Shown: positions 1 through 15,400 of the stretch, one piece after another
Layout of the letters: every line of letters begins with the position of its first letter
How positions within the stretch are numbered: the stretch's first letter is position 1
From: Paragordius varius
Taxonomy: Eukaryota > Animalia > Nematomorpha
NCBI GenBank assembly: GCA_964247055.1
Contig: OZ176058.1
Coordinates: 3,968,001-4,032,000, forward strand
DNA: 64,000 bases
Direction of reading: 5' to 3'
Translations under genes and position numbers: made by a program
Notes under the pieces: generated by a model
The model's input: only the letters and a program-made list of their open reading frames with translations
Told to the model about the DNA's origin: nothing
Databases searched by the model: none

Positions 1-2349
1 CAACAATCAAATTATATTATCTTTTAACTTTTTATTGTTTCCAACAATCAAACATATATTTTCAACAATCAAATAATATTTAGAACAATCAAAATATGTT
101 TTCATTTAACTTTTAGTGTTTCCAACAATCAAACATATATTTTCAACAATCAAATAATTTTTCCAACAATCAAAATATGTTTTCTTTTAAAATTTTAGTG
201 TTTCCAACAATCAAACATATATTTTCAACAATCAAATAATTTTTCCAACAATCATAAAATGTTGCCCCATAGCTTTTTATTGTTTCCAACAATCAAATTA
301 TATTATCTTTTAACTTTTTATTGTTTCCAACAATCAAACATATATCATCAATCAAAAAATTTTTCCACCAACCAAATTATGTTGTCTTTTAACTTTTTAG
401 TGTTTCCAACAATCAAACTTATATTTTCAACAATAAAATATTTTTTTCAACAATCAAAACATGTTTTCTTTTAACTTTATAGTGTTTCCAACAATCAAAC
501 ATATATTTTCAACAATCAAATAATTTTTCCAACAATCAAAATATGTTGCCCAATAGCTTTTTAGTGTTTCCAACAATCAAACATATATTTTCAACAATCA
601 AATAATTTTTCCAACAATCAAAATATGTTGCCCAATAGCATTTAGTATTTCCAACAATCAAACATATATTTTCAACAATCAAATAATTTTTCCAACAATC
701 AAAATATGTTGTCTTTTAACTTTTTATTGTTTCCAACAATCAAACATATATTTTCAAAAATCAAATAATTTTTCCAACAATCAAATTATGTTGTCTTTTA
801 ACTTTTTAGTGTTTCCAACAATCAAACATATATTTTCAACAATCAAAAAATTTTTCCACCAACCAAATTATGTTGTCTTTTAACTTTTTAGTGTTTCCAA
901 CAATCAAACTTATATTTTCAACAATAAAATATTTTTTTCAACAATCAAAATATGTTTTCTTTTAACTGTTTAGTGTTTCCAACAATCTAACATATATTTT
1001 CAACAATCAAATAATTTTTGCAACAATAAAAATATGTTGCCCAATAGCTTTTTAGTATTCCCAACAATCAAACATATATTTTCAACAATCAAATAATTTT
1101 TCCAACAATCAAAATATGTGCTTTTAACTTTTTATTGTTTCCAACAATCAAACATATAATTTCAACAATCAAATAATTTTTCCAACAATCATAATATGTT
1201 GCCCCATAGCTTTTATTGTTTCCAACAATCAAATTATATTATCTTTTAACTTTTTATTGTTTCCAACAATAAAACATATATTTTCAACAATCAAATAATT
1301 TTTCCAACAATGAAATTATGTTTTCTTTTAACTTTTTATTGTCAACAATCAAACATATATTTTCAACAATCAAATAATATTTCCAAAAATCAAAATATGT
1401 TGCGCAATAGCTTCTTATTCCCAACAATCAAACATATATTTTCAACAATCAAATAATTTTTCCAACAATCAAATTATGTTTTATTTTAACTTTTTAGTGT
1501 TTCCAACAATCAAACATATTTTTACAACAATCAAATAATTTTTTCAACATTAATATGTTGCCCAATAGCTTTTTAGTGTTTCCAACAATCTAACATATAT
1601 TTTCAACAATCAAATAATTTTTCCAAAAATAAAATTATGTTTCGTTTTTTAGTGTTTCCAACAATCAAACATATATTTTCAACAATCAAATAATTTTTGC
1701 AACAATCAATATATATTTTCTTTTAACTTTTAGTGTTTCCACCAATCAAACATATATTTTCAACAATCAAATAATTTTTGAAACAATCAAAATATGTTGC
1801 CCAATAGCTTTTTAGTATTCCCAACAATCAAACATATATTTTCAACAATCAAATAATATTTAGAACAATCAAAATATGTTTTCTTTTAACTTTTAGTGTT
1901 TCCAAAAATTAAACATATATTTTCAACAATCAAATAATTTTTCCAACAATCAAAATATGTTGTCGTTTAACTTTTTAGTGTTTCCAACAATAAAACATAT
2001 TTTTTCAACAATCAAATAATTTTTTCAACAATCATATGTTGCCCAATAGCTTTTTAGTGTTTCCATCAATCTAACATATATTTTCAACAATCAAATAATT
2101 TTCTAATTATGTTTTCTTTTTTTAGTGTTTCCAACAATCAAACATATATTTTCAACAATCAAATAATTTTTGCAACAATCATAATATGTTGCCCAATAGC
2201 TTTTTAGTATTCCCAACAATCAAAAATATATTTTCAACAATCAAATAATTTTTCCAACAATCATAATATGTTTTCTTTTAACTTTTAGTGTTTCCAACAA
2301 TCAGACATATATTTTCAACAATCTAATAATTTTTCCTACAAACAAAATT

Positions 2350-3493
2350 TGTTGTCTTTTAACTTTTTATTGTTTCCAACAATCAAACATATATTTTCAA
2401 AAATCAAATAATTTTTCCAACAACCAAATTATGTTGTCTTTTAACTTTTTAGTGTTTCCAACAATCAAACATATATTTTCAACAATCAAATAATTTTACC
2501 AACAATCAAAATATGATGCCCAATAGCTTTTTAGTGTTTCCAACAATCAAACATATATTTGCACAATCAAATAATTTTTACAACAATCAAAATATGTTTT
2601 CTTTTAACTTTTTAGTGTTTCCAACAATCAAACATATATTTTCAACAATCGAATATTTTTTCCAACAATCAAAATATGTTGCCCAATAGCTTTTTATTGT
2701 TTCCAACAATCAAACATATATTTTCAACAATCAAATAATTTTTGAAACAATCAAAATATGTTGCCCAATAGCTTTTTAGTGTTTCCAACAATCAAACATA
2801 TATTTTCAACAATCAAATAATTTTTCCAACAATCAAAATATGTTGCCCAATAGCATTTAGTATTTCCAACAATCAAACATATATTTTCAACAATCAAATA
2901 ATTTTTCCAACAATCAAAATATGTTGTCTTTTAACTTTTTATTGTTTCCAACAATCAAACATATATTTTCAAAAATCAAATAATTTTTCCAACAATCAAA
3001 TTATGTTGTCTTTTAACTTTTTAGTGTTTCCAACAATCAAACATATATTTTCAACAATCAAATAATTTTACCAACAATCAAAATATGATGTCCAATAGCT
3101 TTTTAGTGTTTCCAACAATCAAACATATATTTGCACTATCAAATAATTTTTACAACAATCAAAATATGTTTTCTTTTAACTTTTTAGTGTTTCCAACAAT
3201 CAAACATATATTTTCAACAATCGAATAATTTTTCAAACAATCAAAATATGTTGCCCAATAGCTTTTTAGTGTTTCCAACAATCAAACATATATTTTCAAC
3301 AATCAAATAATTTTTCAAACAATCAAAATATGTTGCCCAATAGCTTTTTAGTGTTTCCAACAATCAAACATATATTTTCAACAATCAAATAATTTTTCCA
3401 ACAAGCAAAATCTGTTGCCCAATAGCATTTAGTATTTCCAACAATCAAACATATATTTTCAACAATCAAATAATTTTTCCAACAATCATAAAA
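2350..3493 (+). repeat. Tandem duplication of a 572-bp (7-monomer) unit
   Basis: Marker pairs at offset 572: gttgtctttt 2351/2923, gatg(c/t)cc 2515/3087, agcatttag 2852/3424. Confidence 0.85.
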
Positions 3494-4789
3494 TGTTGCC
3501 CCATAGCTTTTTATTGTTTCCAACAATCAAATTATATTATCTTTTAACTTTTTATTGTTTCCAACAATCAAACATATATCAACAATCAAAAAATTTTTCC
3601 ACCAACCAAATTATGTTGTCTTTTAACATTTTAGTGTTTCCAACAATCAAACTTATATTTTCAACAATAATATATTTTTTTCAACAATCAAAATATGTTT
3701 TCTTTTAACTTTTTAGTGTTTCCAACAATCAAACATATATTTTCAACAATCAAATAATTTTAACAATCAAAATATGTTCCCCAATAGCTTTATAGTGGTC
3801 CCAACAATCAAATAATATTTTCAACAATCAAATAATTTTTGCAACAATAAAAAAATGTTGCCCAATAGCTTTTTAGTAATCCCAACAATCAAACATATAT
3901 TTTCAACAATCAAATAATTTTTCCAACAATCAAAATATGTGCTTTTAACTTTTTATTGTTTCCAACAATCAAACATATATTTTCAACAATCAAATAATTT
4001 TTCCAACAATCATAATATGTTGCCCCATAGCTTTTTATTGTTTCCAACAATCAAATTATATTATCTTTTAACTTTTTATTGTTTCCAACAATCAAACATA
4101 TATTTTCAACAATCAAATAATTTTTCCAACAATGAAATTATGTTTTCTTTTAACTTTTTATTGTCAACAATCAAACATATATTTTCAACAATCAAATAAT
4201 ATTTCCAAAAATCAAAATATGTTGCCCAATAGCTTCTTATTCCCAACAATCAAACATATATTTTCAACAATCAAATAATTTTTCCAACAATCAAATTATG
4301 TTTTATTTTAACTTTTTAGTGTTTCCAACAATCAAACATATTTTTTCAACAATCAAATAATTTTTTCAACATTAATATGTTGCCCAATAGCTTTTTAGTG
4401 TTTCCAACAATCTAACATATATTTTCAACAATCAAATAATTTTTCCAAAAATAAAATTATGTTTCGTTTTTTAAGTGTTTCCAACAATCAAACATATATT
4501 TTCAACAATCAAATAATTTTTGCAACAATCAAAATATATTTTCTTTTAACTTTTAGTGTTTCCACCAATCAAACATATATTTTCAACAATCAAATAATTT
4601 TTGAGACAATCAAAATATGTTGCCCAATAGCTTTTTAGTATTCCCAACAATCAAACATATATTTTAAACAATCAAATAATATTTAGAACAATCAAAATAT
4701 GTTTTCTTTTAACTTTTAGTGTTTCCAACAATCAAACATATATTTTCAACAATCAAATAATTTTTCCAACAATCAAAATATGTTCCCCA

Positions 4790-7330
4790 ATAGCTTTTTA
4801 GTATTCCCAACAAACAAACATATATTTTCAACAATCAAATAATTTTTCCAACAATCAAAATATGTTTTCTTTTAACTTAGTGTTTCCAACAATCAAACAA
4901 ATATTTTCAACAATCAAATAATTTTTCCAACAATCAAAATATGTTGTCTTTTGACTTTTTAGTGTTTCCAACAATCAAACATATTTTTTCAACAATCAAA
5001 TAATTTTTTCAACAATCATATGTTGCCCAATAGCTTTTTAGTGTTTCCATCAATCTAACATATATTTTCAACAATCAAATAATTTTCTAATTATGTTTTC
5101 TTTTTTTAGTGTTTCCAATAATCAAACAAATATTTTCAACAATCAAATAACTTTTGCAACAATCATAATATGTTGCCCAATAGCTTTTTAGTATTCCCAA
5201 CAATCAAAAATATATTTTCAACAATCAAATAATTTTTCCAACAATCATAATATGTTTTCTTTTAACTTTTAGTGTTTCCAACAATCAGACATATATTTTC
5301 AACAATCAAATAATTTTTCCAACAATCAAAATATGTTTTCTTTTAACTTTTAATGTTTCCAACAATCAAACATATATTTTCAACAATCAAATAATTTTTC
5401 CAACAATCAAAATATGTTGTCTTTTAACTTTTTATTGTTTCCAACAATCAAATAATTTTTTCAACAATCAAATTATGTTGTCTACTTTTTGGTGTTTCGA
5501 ACAATCAAACATATTTTTTCAACAATCAAATAATTTTTCCAACAATCATAAAATGTTGCCCCATTTATTGTTTCCAACAATCAAATTATATTATCTTTTA
5601 ACTTTTTATTGTTTCCAACAATCAAACATATATTTTCAACAATTAAATAATATTTAGAACAATCAAAATATGTTTTCATTTAACTTTTAGTGTTTCCAAC
5701 AATCAAACATATATTTTCAACAATCTAATAATTTTTCCAACAATCAAAATATGTTTTCTTTTAAAATTTTAGTGTTTCCAACAATCAAACATATATTTTC
5801 AACAATCAAATAATTTCCAACAATCATAAAATGTTGCCCCATAGCTTTTTATTGTTTCCAACAATCTAATTATATTATCTTTTAACTTTTTATTGTTTCC
5901 AACAATCAAACATATATCAACAATCAAAAAATTTTTGCACCAACCAAATTATGTTGTCTTTTAACTTTTTAGTGTTTCCAACAATCAAACTTATATTTTC
6001 AACAATAAAATATTTTTTTCAACAATCAAAACATGTTGCCCAATAGCTTTTTAGTATTCCCAACAAACAAACATATATTTTCAACAATCAAATAATTTTT
6101 CCAACAATCAAAATATGTTTTCTTTTAACTTAGTGTTTCCAACAATCAAACAAATATTTTCAACAATCAAATAATTTTTCCAACAATCAAAATATGTTGT
6201 CTTTTGACTTTTTAGTGTTTCCAACAATCAAACATATTTTTTCAACAATCAAATAATTTTTTCAACAATCATATGTTGCCCAATAGCTTTTTAGTGTTTC
6301 CATCAATCTAACATATATTTTCAACAATCAAATAATTTTCTAATTATGTTTTCTTTTTTTAGTGTTTCCAATAATCAAACAAATATTTTCAACAATCAAA
6401 TAACTTTTGCAACAATCATAATATGTTGCCCAATAGCTTTTTAGTATTCCCAACAATCAAAAATATATTTTCAACAATCAAATAATTTTTCCAACAATCA
6501 TAATATTTGTCTTTTAACTTTTTATTGTTTCCAACAATCAAACATATATTTTCAACAATCAAATAATTTTTCCAACAATCAAAATATGTTTTCTTTTAAC
6601 TTTTAATGTTTCCAACAATCAAACATATATTTTCAACAATCAAATAATTTTTCCAACAATCAAAATATGTTGTCTTTTAACTTTTTATTGTTTCCAACAA
6701 TCAAATAATTTTTTCAACAATCAAATTATGTTGTCTACTTTTTGGTGTTTCGAACAATCAAACATATTTTTTCAACAATCAAATAATTTTTCCAACAATC
6801 ATAAAATGTTGCCCCATTTATTGTTTCCAACAATCAAATTATATTATCTTTTAACTTTTTATTGTTTCCAACAATCAAACATATATTTTCAACAATTAAA
6901 TAATATTTAGAACAATCAAAATATGTTTTCATTTAACTTTTAGTGTTTCCAACAATCAAACATATATTTTCAACAATCTAATAATTTTTCCAACAATCAA
7001 AATATGTTTTCTTTTAAAATTTTAGTGTTTCCAACAATCAAACATATATTTTCAACAATCAAATAATTTTTCCAACAATCATAAAATGTTGCCCCATAGC
7101 TTTTTATTGTTTCCAACAATCTAATTATATTATCTTTTAACTTTTTATTGTTTCCAACAATCAAACATATATCAACAATCAAAAAATTTTTGCACCAACC
7201 AAATTATGTTGTCTTTTAACTTTTTAGTGTTTCCAACAATCAAACTTATATTTTCAACAATAAAATATTTTTTTCAACAATCAAAACATGTTGCCCAATA
7301 GCTTTTTAGTATTCCCAACAAACAAACATA
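4790..7330 (+). repeat. Tandem duplication of a ~1253-bp unit
   Basis: Offset 1253 for caaacaaaca 4811/6064, aacttag 4874/6127, gactttt 4953/6206, ccatcaatct 5047/6300, and the identical spurious ORFs at 5475/6728. The offset becomes 1255 after a 2-T indel near 5815. Confidence 0.9.
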
Positions 7331-8339
7331 TATTTCCAACAATCAAATAATTTTTCCAACAATCAAAATATGTTTTCTTTTAACTTTTAGTGTTTCCAAC
7401 AATCAAACATATATTTTCAACAATCAAATAATTTTTCCAACAATCAAAATATGTTGTCTTTTAACTTTTTAGTGTTTCCAACAATCAAACATATATTTTC
7501 AACAATCGAATAATTTTTCAAACAATCAAAATATGTTGCCCAATAGCTTTTTAGTGTTTCCAACAATCAAACATATATTTTCAACAATCAAATAATTTTT
7601 CAAACAATCAAAATATGTTGCCCAATAGCTTTTTAGTGTTTCCAACAATCAAACATATATTTTCAACAATCAAATAATTTTTCCAACAAGCAAAATCTGT
7701 TGCCCAATAGCTTTTTAGTATTCCCAACAAACAAACATATATTTTCAACAATCAAATAATTTTTCCAACAATCAAAATATGTTTTCTTTTAACTTTTAGT
7801 GTTTCCAACAATCAAACATATATTTTCATCAATCAAATAATTTTTCCAACAATCAAAATATGTTTTCTTTTAACTTTTTAGTGTTTCCAACAATCAAACA
7901 TATATTTTCATCAATCAAATAATTTTTCCAACAATCAAAATATGTTGTCTTTTAACTTTTTAGTGTTTCCAACAATCAAACATATATTTTCAACAATCGA
8001 ATAATTTTTCCAACAATCAAAATATGTTTTCTTTTAACTTTTAGTGTTTCCAACAATCAAACATATATTTTCATCAATCAAATAATTTTTCCAACAATCA
8101 AAATATGTTGTCTTTTAACTTTTTAGTGTTTCCAACAATCAAACATATATTTTCAACAATCGAATAATTTTTCAAACAATCAAAATATGTTGCCCAATAG
8201 CTTTTTAGTGTTTCCAACAATCAAACATATATTTTCAACAATCAAATAATTTTTCAAACAATCAAAATATGTTGCCCAATAGCTTTTTAGTGTTTCCAAC
8301 AATCAAACATATATTTTCAGCAATCAAATAATTTTTCCA

Positions 8340-11300
8340 AAAAGCAAAATCTGTTGCCCAATAGCATTTTGTATTTCCAACAATCAAACATATATTTTCA
8401 ACAAACAAATAATTTTTCCAACAATCAAAATATGTTTTCTTTTAACTTTTTAGTGTTTCCAACAATCAAACATATATTTTCAACAATCAAATAATTTTTC
8501 CAACAATCATAAAATGTTGCCCCATAGCTTTTTATTGTTTCCAACAATCAAATTATATTATCTTTTAACTTTTTATTGTTTCCAACAATCAAACATATAT
8601 TTTCAACAATCAAATAATTTTTCCAACAATGAAATTATGTTTTCTTTTAACTTTTGTCAACAATGAAAACATATATTTTCAACAATCAAATAATATTTCC
8701 AAAAATCAAAATATGTTGCCCAATAGCTTCTTATTCCCAACAATCAAACATATATTTTCAACAATCAAATAATTTTTCCAACAATCAAATTATGTTTTAT
8801 TTTAACTTTTTAGTGTTTCCAACAATCAAACATATTTTTTCAACAATCAAATAATTTTTTCAACATTAATATGTTGCCCAATAGCTTTTTAGTGTTTCCA
8901 ACAATCTAACATATATTTTCAACAATCAAATAATTTTTCCAAAAATAAAATTATGTTTCGTTTTTTAAGTGTTTCCAACAATCAAACATATATTTTCAAC
9001 AATCAAATAATTTTTGCAACAATCAAAATATATTTTCTTTTAACTTTTAGTGTTTCCACCAATCAAACATATATTTTCAACAATCAAATAATTTTTGAGA
9101 CAATCAAAATATGTTGCCCAATAGCTTTTTAGTATTCCCAACAATCAAACATATATTTTAAACAATCAAATAATATTTAGAACAATCAAAATATGTTTTC
9201 TTTTAACTTTTAGTGTTTCCAACAATCAAACATATATTTTCAACAATCAAATAATTTTTCCAACAATCAAAATATGTTGCCCAATAGCTTTTTAGTATTC
9301 CCAACAAACAAACATATATTTTCAACAATCAAATAATTTTTCCAACAATCAAAATATGTTTTCTTTTAACTTTTAGTGTTTCCAACAATCAAACATATAT
9401 TTTCAACAATCAAATAATTTTTCCAACAATCAAAATATGTTGTCTTTTAACTTTTTAGTGTTTCCAACAATCAAACATATTTTTTCAACAATCAAATAAT
9501 TTTTCCAACAATCAAAATATGTTGCCCAATAGCTTTTTAGTGTTCCCAACACTCAAACATATATTTTCAACAATCAAATAATTTTCTAATTATGTTTTCT
9601 TTTTTTAGTGTTTCCAATAATCAAACAAATATTTTCAACAATCAAATAACTTTTGCAACAATCAAAATATGTTGCCCAATAGCTTTTTAGTGTTTCCAAC
9701 AATCAAACATATATTTTCAACAATCAAATAATTTTTCAAACAATCAAAATATGTTGCCCAATAGCTTTTTAGTGTTTCCAACAATCAAACATATATTTTC
9801 AACAATCAAATAATTTTTCCAACAAGCAAAATCTGTTGCCCAATAGCTTTTTAGTATTCCCAACAAACAAACATATATTTTCAACAATCAAATAATTTTT
9901 CCAACAATCAAAATATGTTTTCTTTTAACTTTTAGTGTTTCCAACAATCAAACATATATTTTCATCAATCAAATAATTTTTCCAACAATCAAAATATGTT
10001 GTCTTTTAACTTTTTAGTGTTTCCAACAATCAAACATATATTTTCAACAATCGAATAATTTTTCAAACAATCAAAATATGTTGCCCAATAGCTTTTTAGT
10101 GTTTCCAACAATCAAACATATATTTTCAACAATCAAATAATTTTTCAAACAATCAAAATATGTTGCCCAATAGCTTTTTAGTGTTTCCAACAATCAAACA
10201 TATATTTTCAACAATCAAATAATTTTTCCAACAAGCAAAATCTGTTGCCCAATAGCATTTTGTATTTCCAACAATCAAACATATATTTTCAACAATCAAA
10301 TAATTTTTCCAACAATCAAAATATGTTTTCTTTTAACTTTTTAGTGTTTCCAACAATCAAACATATATTTTCAACAATCAAATAATTTTTCCAACAATCA
10401 TAAAATGTTGCCCCATAGCTTTTTATTGTTTCCAACAATCAAATTATATTATCCTTTAACTTTTTATTGTTTCCAACAATCAAACATATATTTTCAACAA
10501 TCAAATAATTTTTCCAACAATGAAATTATGTTTTCTTTTAACTTTTTATTGTCAACAATGAAAACATATATTTTCAACAATCAAATAATATTTCCAAAAA
10601 TCAAAATATGTTGCCCAATAGCTTCTTATTCCCAACAATCAAACATATATTTTCAACAATCAAATAATTTTTCCAACAATCAAATTATGTTTTATTTTAA
10701 CTTTTTAGTGTTTCCAACAATCAAACATATTTTTTCAACATTCAAATAATTTTTTCAACATTAATATGTTGCCCAATAGCTTTTTAGTGTTTCCAACAAT
10801 CTAACATATATTTTCAACAATCAAATAATTTTTCCAAAAATAAAATTATGTTTCGTTTTTTAAGTGTTTCCAACAATCAAACATATATTTTCAACAATCA
10901 AATAATTTTTGCAACAATCAAAATATATTTTCTTTTAACTTTTAGTGTTTCCACCAATCAAACATATATTTTCAACAATCAAATAATTTTTGAGACAATC
11001 AAAATATGTTGCCCCCTAGCTTTTTAGTATTCCCAACAATCAAACATATATTTTAAACAATCAAATAATATTTAGAACAATCAAAATATGTTTTCTTTTA
11101 ACTTTTAGTGTTTCCAACAATCAAACATATATTTTCAACAATCAAATAATTTTTCCAACAATCAAAATATGTTGCCCAATAGCTTTTTAGTATTCCCAAC
11201 AAACAAACATATATTTTCAACAATCAAATAATTTTTCCAACAATCAAAATATGTTTTCTTTTAACTTTTAGTGTTTCCAACAATCAAACATATATTTTCA

Positions 11301-11480
11301 ACAATCAAATAATTTTTCCAACAATCAAAATATGTTGTCGTTTAACTTTTTAGTGTTTCCAACAATCAAACATATTTTTTCAACAATCAAATAATTTTTC
11401 CAACAATCAAAATATGTTGCCCAATAGCTTTTTATTGTTCCCAACAATCAAACATATATTTTCAACAATCAAATAATTTT
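8340..11480 (+). repeat. Duplicated block at ~1.89 kb offset
   Basis: Private variant gtcaacaatgaaaacat at 8661/10556; agcttcttattccc about 8726/10621; gagacaatc about 9098/10993 (offset 1895). Confidence 0.8.
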
Positions 11481-12449
11481 TCCAACAATCAAATTATGTT
11501 TTTTTTAACTTTTTAGAGTTTCCACCAATCAAACATATATTTTCATCAATCAAATAATTTTCTAATTATGTTTTCTTTTTTTAGTGTTTCCCATAATCAA
11601 ACAAATATTTTCAACAATCAAATAACTTTTGCAACAATCATAATATGTTGCCCAATAGCTTTTTAGTATTCCCAACAATCAAAAATATATTTTCAACAAT
11701 CAAATAATTTTTCCAACAATCATAATATGTTTTCTTTTAACTTTTAGTGTTTCCAACAATCAGACATATATTTTCAACAATCAAATAATTTTTCCAACAA
11801 TCAAAATATGTTGTCTTTTAACTTTTTATTGTTTCCAACAATCAAACATATATTTTCAAAAATCAAATAATTTTTCCAACAATCAAAATATGTTGCCCAA
11901 TAGCTTTTTATTGTTCCCAACAATCAAACATATATTTTCAACAATCAAATAATTTTTCCAACAATCAAATTATGTTTTTTTTTAACTTTTTAGAGTTTCC
12001 ACCAATCAAACATATATTTTCATCAATCAAATAATTTTTGAGACAATCAAAATATGTTGCCCAATAGCTTTTTAGTATTCCCAACAATCAAACATATATT
12101 TTAAACAATCAAATAATATTTAGAACAATCAAAATATGTTTTCTTTTAACTTTTAGTGTTTCCAACAATCAAACATATATTTTCAACAATCAAATAATTT
12201 TTCCAACAATCATATGTTGCCCAATAGCTTTTTAGTATTCCCAACAAACAAACATATATTTTCAACAATCAAATAATTTTTCCAACAATCAAAATATGTT
12301 TTCTTTTAACTTAGTGTGTCCAACAATCAAACAAATATTTTCAACAATCAAATAATTTTTCCAACAATCAAAATATGTTGTCTTTTGACTTTTTAGTGTT
12401 TCCAACAATCAAACATATTTTTTCAACAATCAAATAATTTTTTCAACAA

Positions 12450-15400
12450 TCATATGTTGCCCAATAGCTTTTTAGTGTTTCCATCAATCTAACATATATT
12501 TTCAACAATCAAATATTTTCTAATTATGTTTTCTTTTTTTACTGTTTCCAATAATCAAACAAATATTTTCAACAATCAAATAATTTTTGCAACAATCATA
12601 ATATGTTGCCCAATAGCTTTTTAGTATTCCCAACAATCAAAAATATATTTTCAACAATCAAATAATTTTTCCAACAATCATAATATGTTTTCTTTTAACT
12701 TTTAATGTTTCCAACAATCAGACATATATTTTCAACAATCAAATAATTTTTCCAACAATCAAAATATGTTGTCTTTTAACTTTTTATTGTTTCCAACAAT
12801 CAAACATATATTTTCAAAAATCAAATAATTTTTCCAACAATCAAAATATGTTGCCCAATAGCTTTTTAGTGTTCCCAACAATCAAACATATATTTTCAAA
12901 AATCAAATAATTTTTCCAACAATCAAATTATGTTTTCTTTTAACTTTTTAGAGTTTCCAACAATCAAACATATTTTTTCAACTATCAAATAATTTTTTCA
13001 ACAATCATATGTTGCCCAATAGCTTTTTAGTGTTTCCAACAATCAAACATATATTTTCAACAATCAAATAATTTTTCCAACAATCAAAATATGTTGTCTT
13101 TTAACTTTTTATTGTTTCCAATCAAACATATATTTTCAACAATCAAATAATATTTCCAACAATCAAAATATGTTGCCCAATAGCTTTTTAGTATTCCCAA
13201 CAATCAAACATATATTTTCAACAATCAAATAATTTTTCCAACAATCAAAATATGTTTTCTTTTAACTTTTAGTGTTTCCAACAATCAAACATATATTTTC
13301 AACAATCAAATAATTTTTCCAACAATCAAAATATGTTGTCTTTTAACTTTTTATTGTTTCCAACAATCAAATAATTTTTTCAACAATCAAATTATGTTGT
13401 CTACTTTTTGTGTTTCGAACAATCAAACATATTTTTTCAACAATCAAATAATTTTTCCAACAATCATAAAATGTTGCCCCATAGCTTTTTATTATTTCCA
13501 ACAATCAAATTATATTATCTTTTAACTTTTTATTGTTTCCAACAATCAAACATATATTTTCAACAATTAAATAATATTTAGAACAATCAAAATATGTTTT
13601 CATTTAACTTTTAGTGTTTCCAACAATCAAACATATATTTTCAACAATCAAATAATTTTTCCAACAATCAAAATATGTTTTCTTTTAAAATTTTAGTGTT
13701 TCCAACAATCAAACATATATTTTCAACAATCAAATAATTTTTCCAACAATCATAAAATGTTGCCCCATAGCTTTTTATTGTTTCCCACAACCTAATTATA
13801 TTATCTTTTAACTTTTTATTGTTTCCAACAATCAAACATATATCAACAATCAAAAAATTTTTCCACCAACCAAATTATGTTGTCTTTTAACTTTTTAGTG
13901 TTTCCAACAATCAAACTTATATTTTCAACAATAAAATATTTTTTTCAACAATCAAAACATGTTTTCTTTTAACTTTTTAGTGTTTCCAACAATCAAACAT
14001 ATATTTTCAACAATCAAATAATTTTTCCAACAATCAAAATATGTTGCCCAATAGCTTTTTAGTGTTTCCAACAATCAAACATATATTTTCAACAATCGAA
14101 TAATTTTTCAAACAATCAAAATATGTTGCCCAATAGCTTTTTAGTGTTTCCAACAATCAAACATATATTTTCAACAATCAAATAATTTTTCAAACAATCA
14201 AAATATGTTGCCCAATAGCTTTTTAGTGTTTCCAACAATCAAACATATATTTTCAACAATCAAATAATTTTTCCAACAAGCAAAATCTGTTGCCCAATAG
14301 CATTTAGTATTTCCAACAATCAAACATATATTTTCAACAATCAAATAATTTTTCCAACAATCAAAATATGTTTTCTTTTAACTTTTAGTGTTTCCAACAA
14401 TCAAACATATATTTTCAACAATCAAATAATTTTTCCAACAATCATAAAATGTTGCCCCATAGCTTTTTATTGTTTCCAACAATCAAATTATATTATCTTT
14501 TAACTTTTTATTGTTTCCAACAATCAAACATATATTTTCAACAATCAAATAATTTTTCCAACAATGAAATTATGTTTTCTTTTAACTTTTTATTGTCAAC
14601 AATCAAACATATATTTTCAACAATCAAATAATATTTCCAAAAATCAAAATATGTTGCCCAATAGCTTCTTATTCCCAACAATCAAACATATATTTTCAAC
14701 AATCAAATAATTTTTCTAAAAATAAAATTATGTTTCGTTTTTTAAGTGTTTCCAACAATCAAACATATATTTTCAACAATCAAATAATTTTTGCAACAAT
14801 CAAAATATATTTTCTTTTAACTTTTAGTGTTTCCACCAATCAAACATATATTTTCAACAATCAAATAATTTTTGAGACAATCAAAATATGTTGCCCAATA
14901 GCTTTTTAGTATTCCCAACAATCAAACATATATTTTAAACAATCAAATAATATTTAGAACAATCAAAATATGTTTTCTTTTAACTTTTAGTGTTTCCAAC
15001 AATCAAACATATATTTTCAACAATCAAATAATTTTTCCAACAATCAAAATATGTTGCCCAATAGCTTTTTAGTATTCCCAACAAACAAACATATATTTTC
15101 AACAATCAAATAATTTTTCCAACAATCAAAATATGTTTTCTTTTAACTTTTAGTGTTTCCAACAATCAAACATATATTTTCAACAATCAAATAATTTTTC
15201 CAACATTCAAAATATGTTGTCTTTTAACTTTTTAGTGTTTCCAACAATCAAACATATTTTTTCAACAATCAAATAATTTTTCCAACAATCAAAATATGTT
15301 GCCCAATAGCTTTTTAGTGTTCCCAACAATCAAACATATATTTTCAACAATCAAATAATTTTCTAATTATGTTTTCTTTTTTTAGTGTTTCCAATAATCA

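Noticed and set aside
541-560. CCAAT box (NF-Y) in A-type headers, and forkhead-like ACAAACA in the caaacaaaca variant
   Set aside because: The flanks fit the NF-Y consensus poorly, B and C monomers lack the motif and there is no promoter context. The forkhead-like match is confined to a minor variant.
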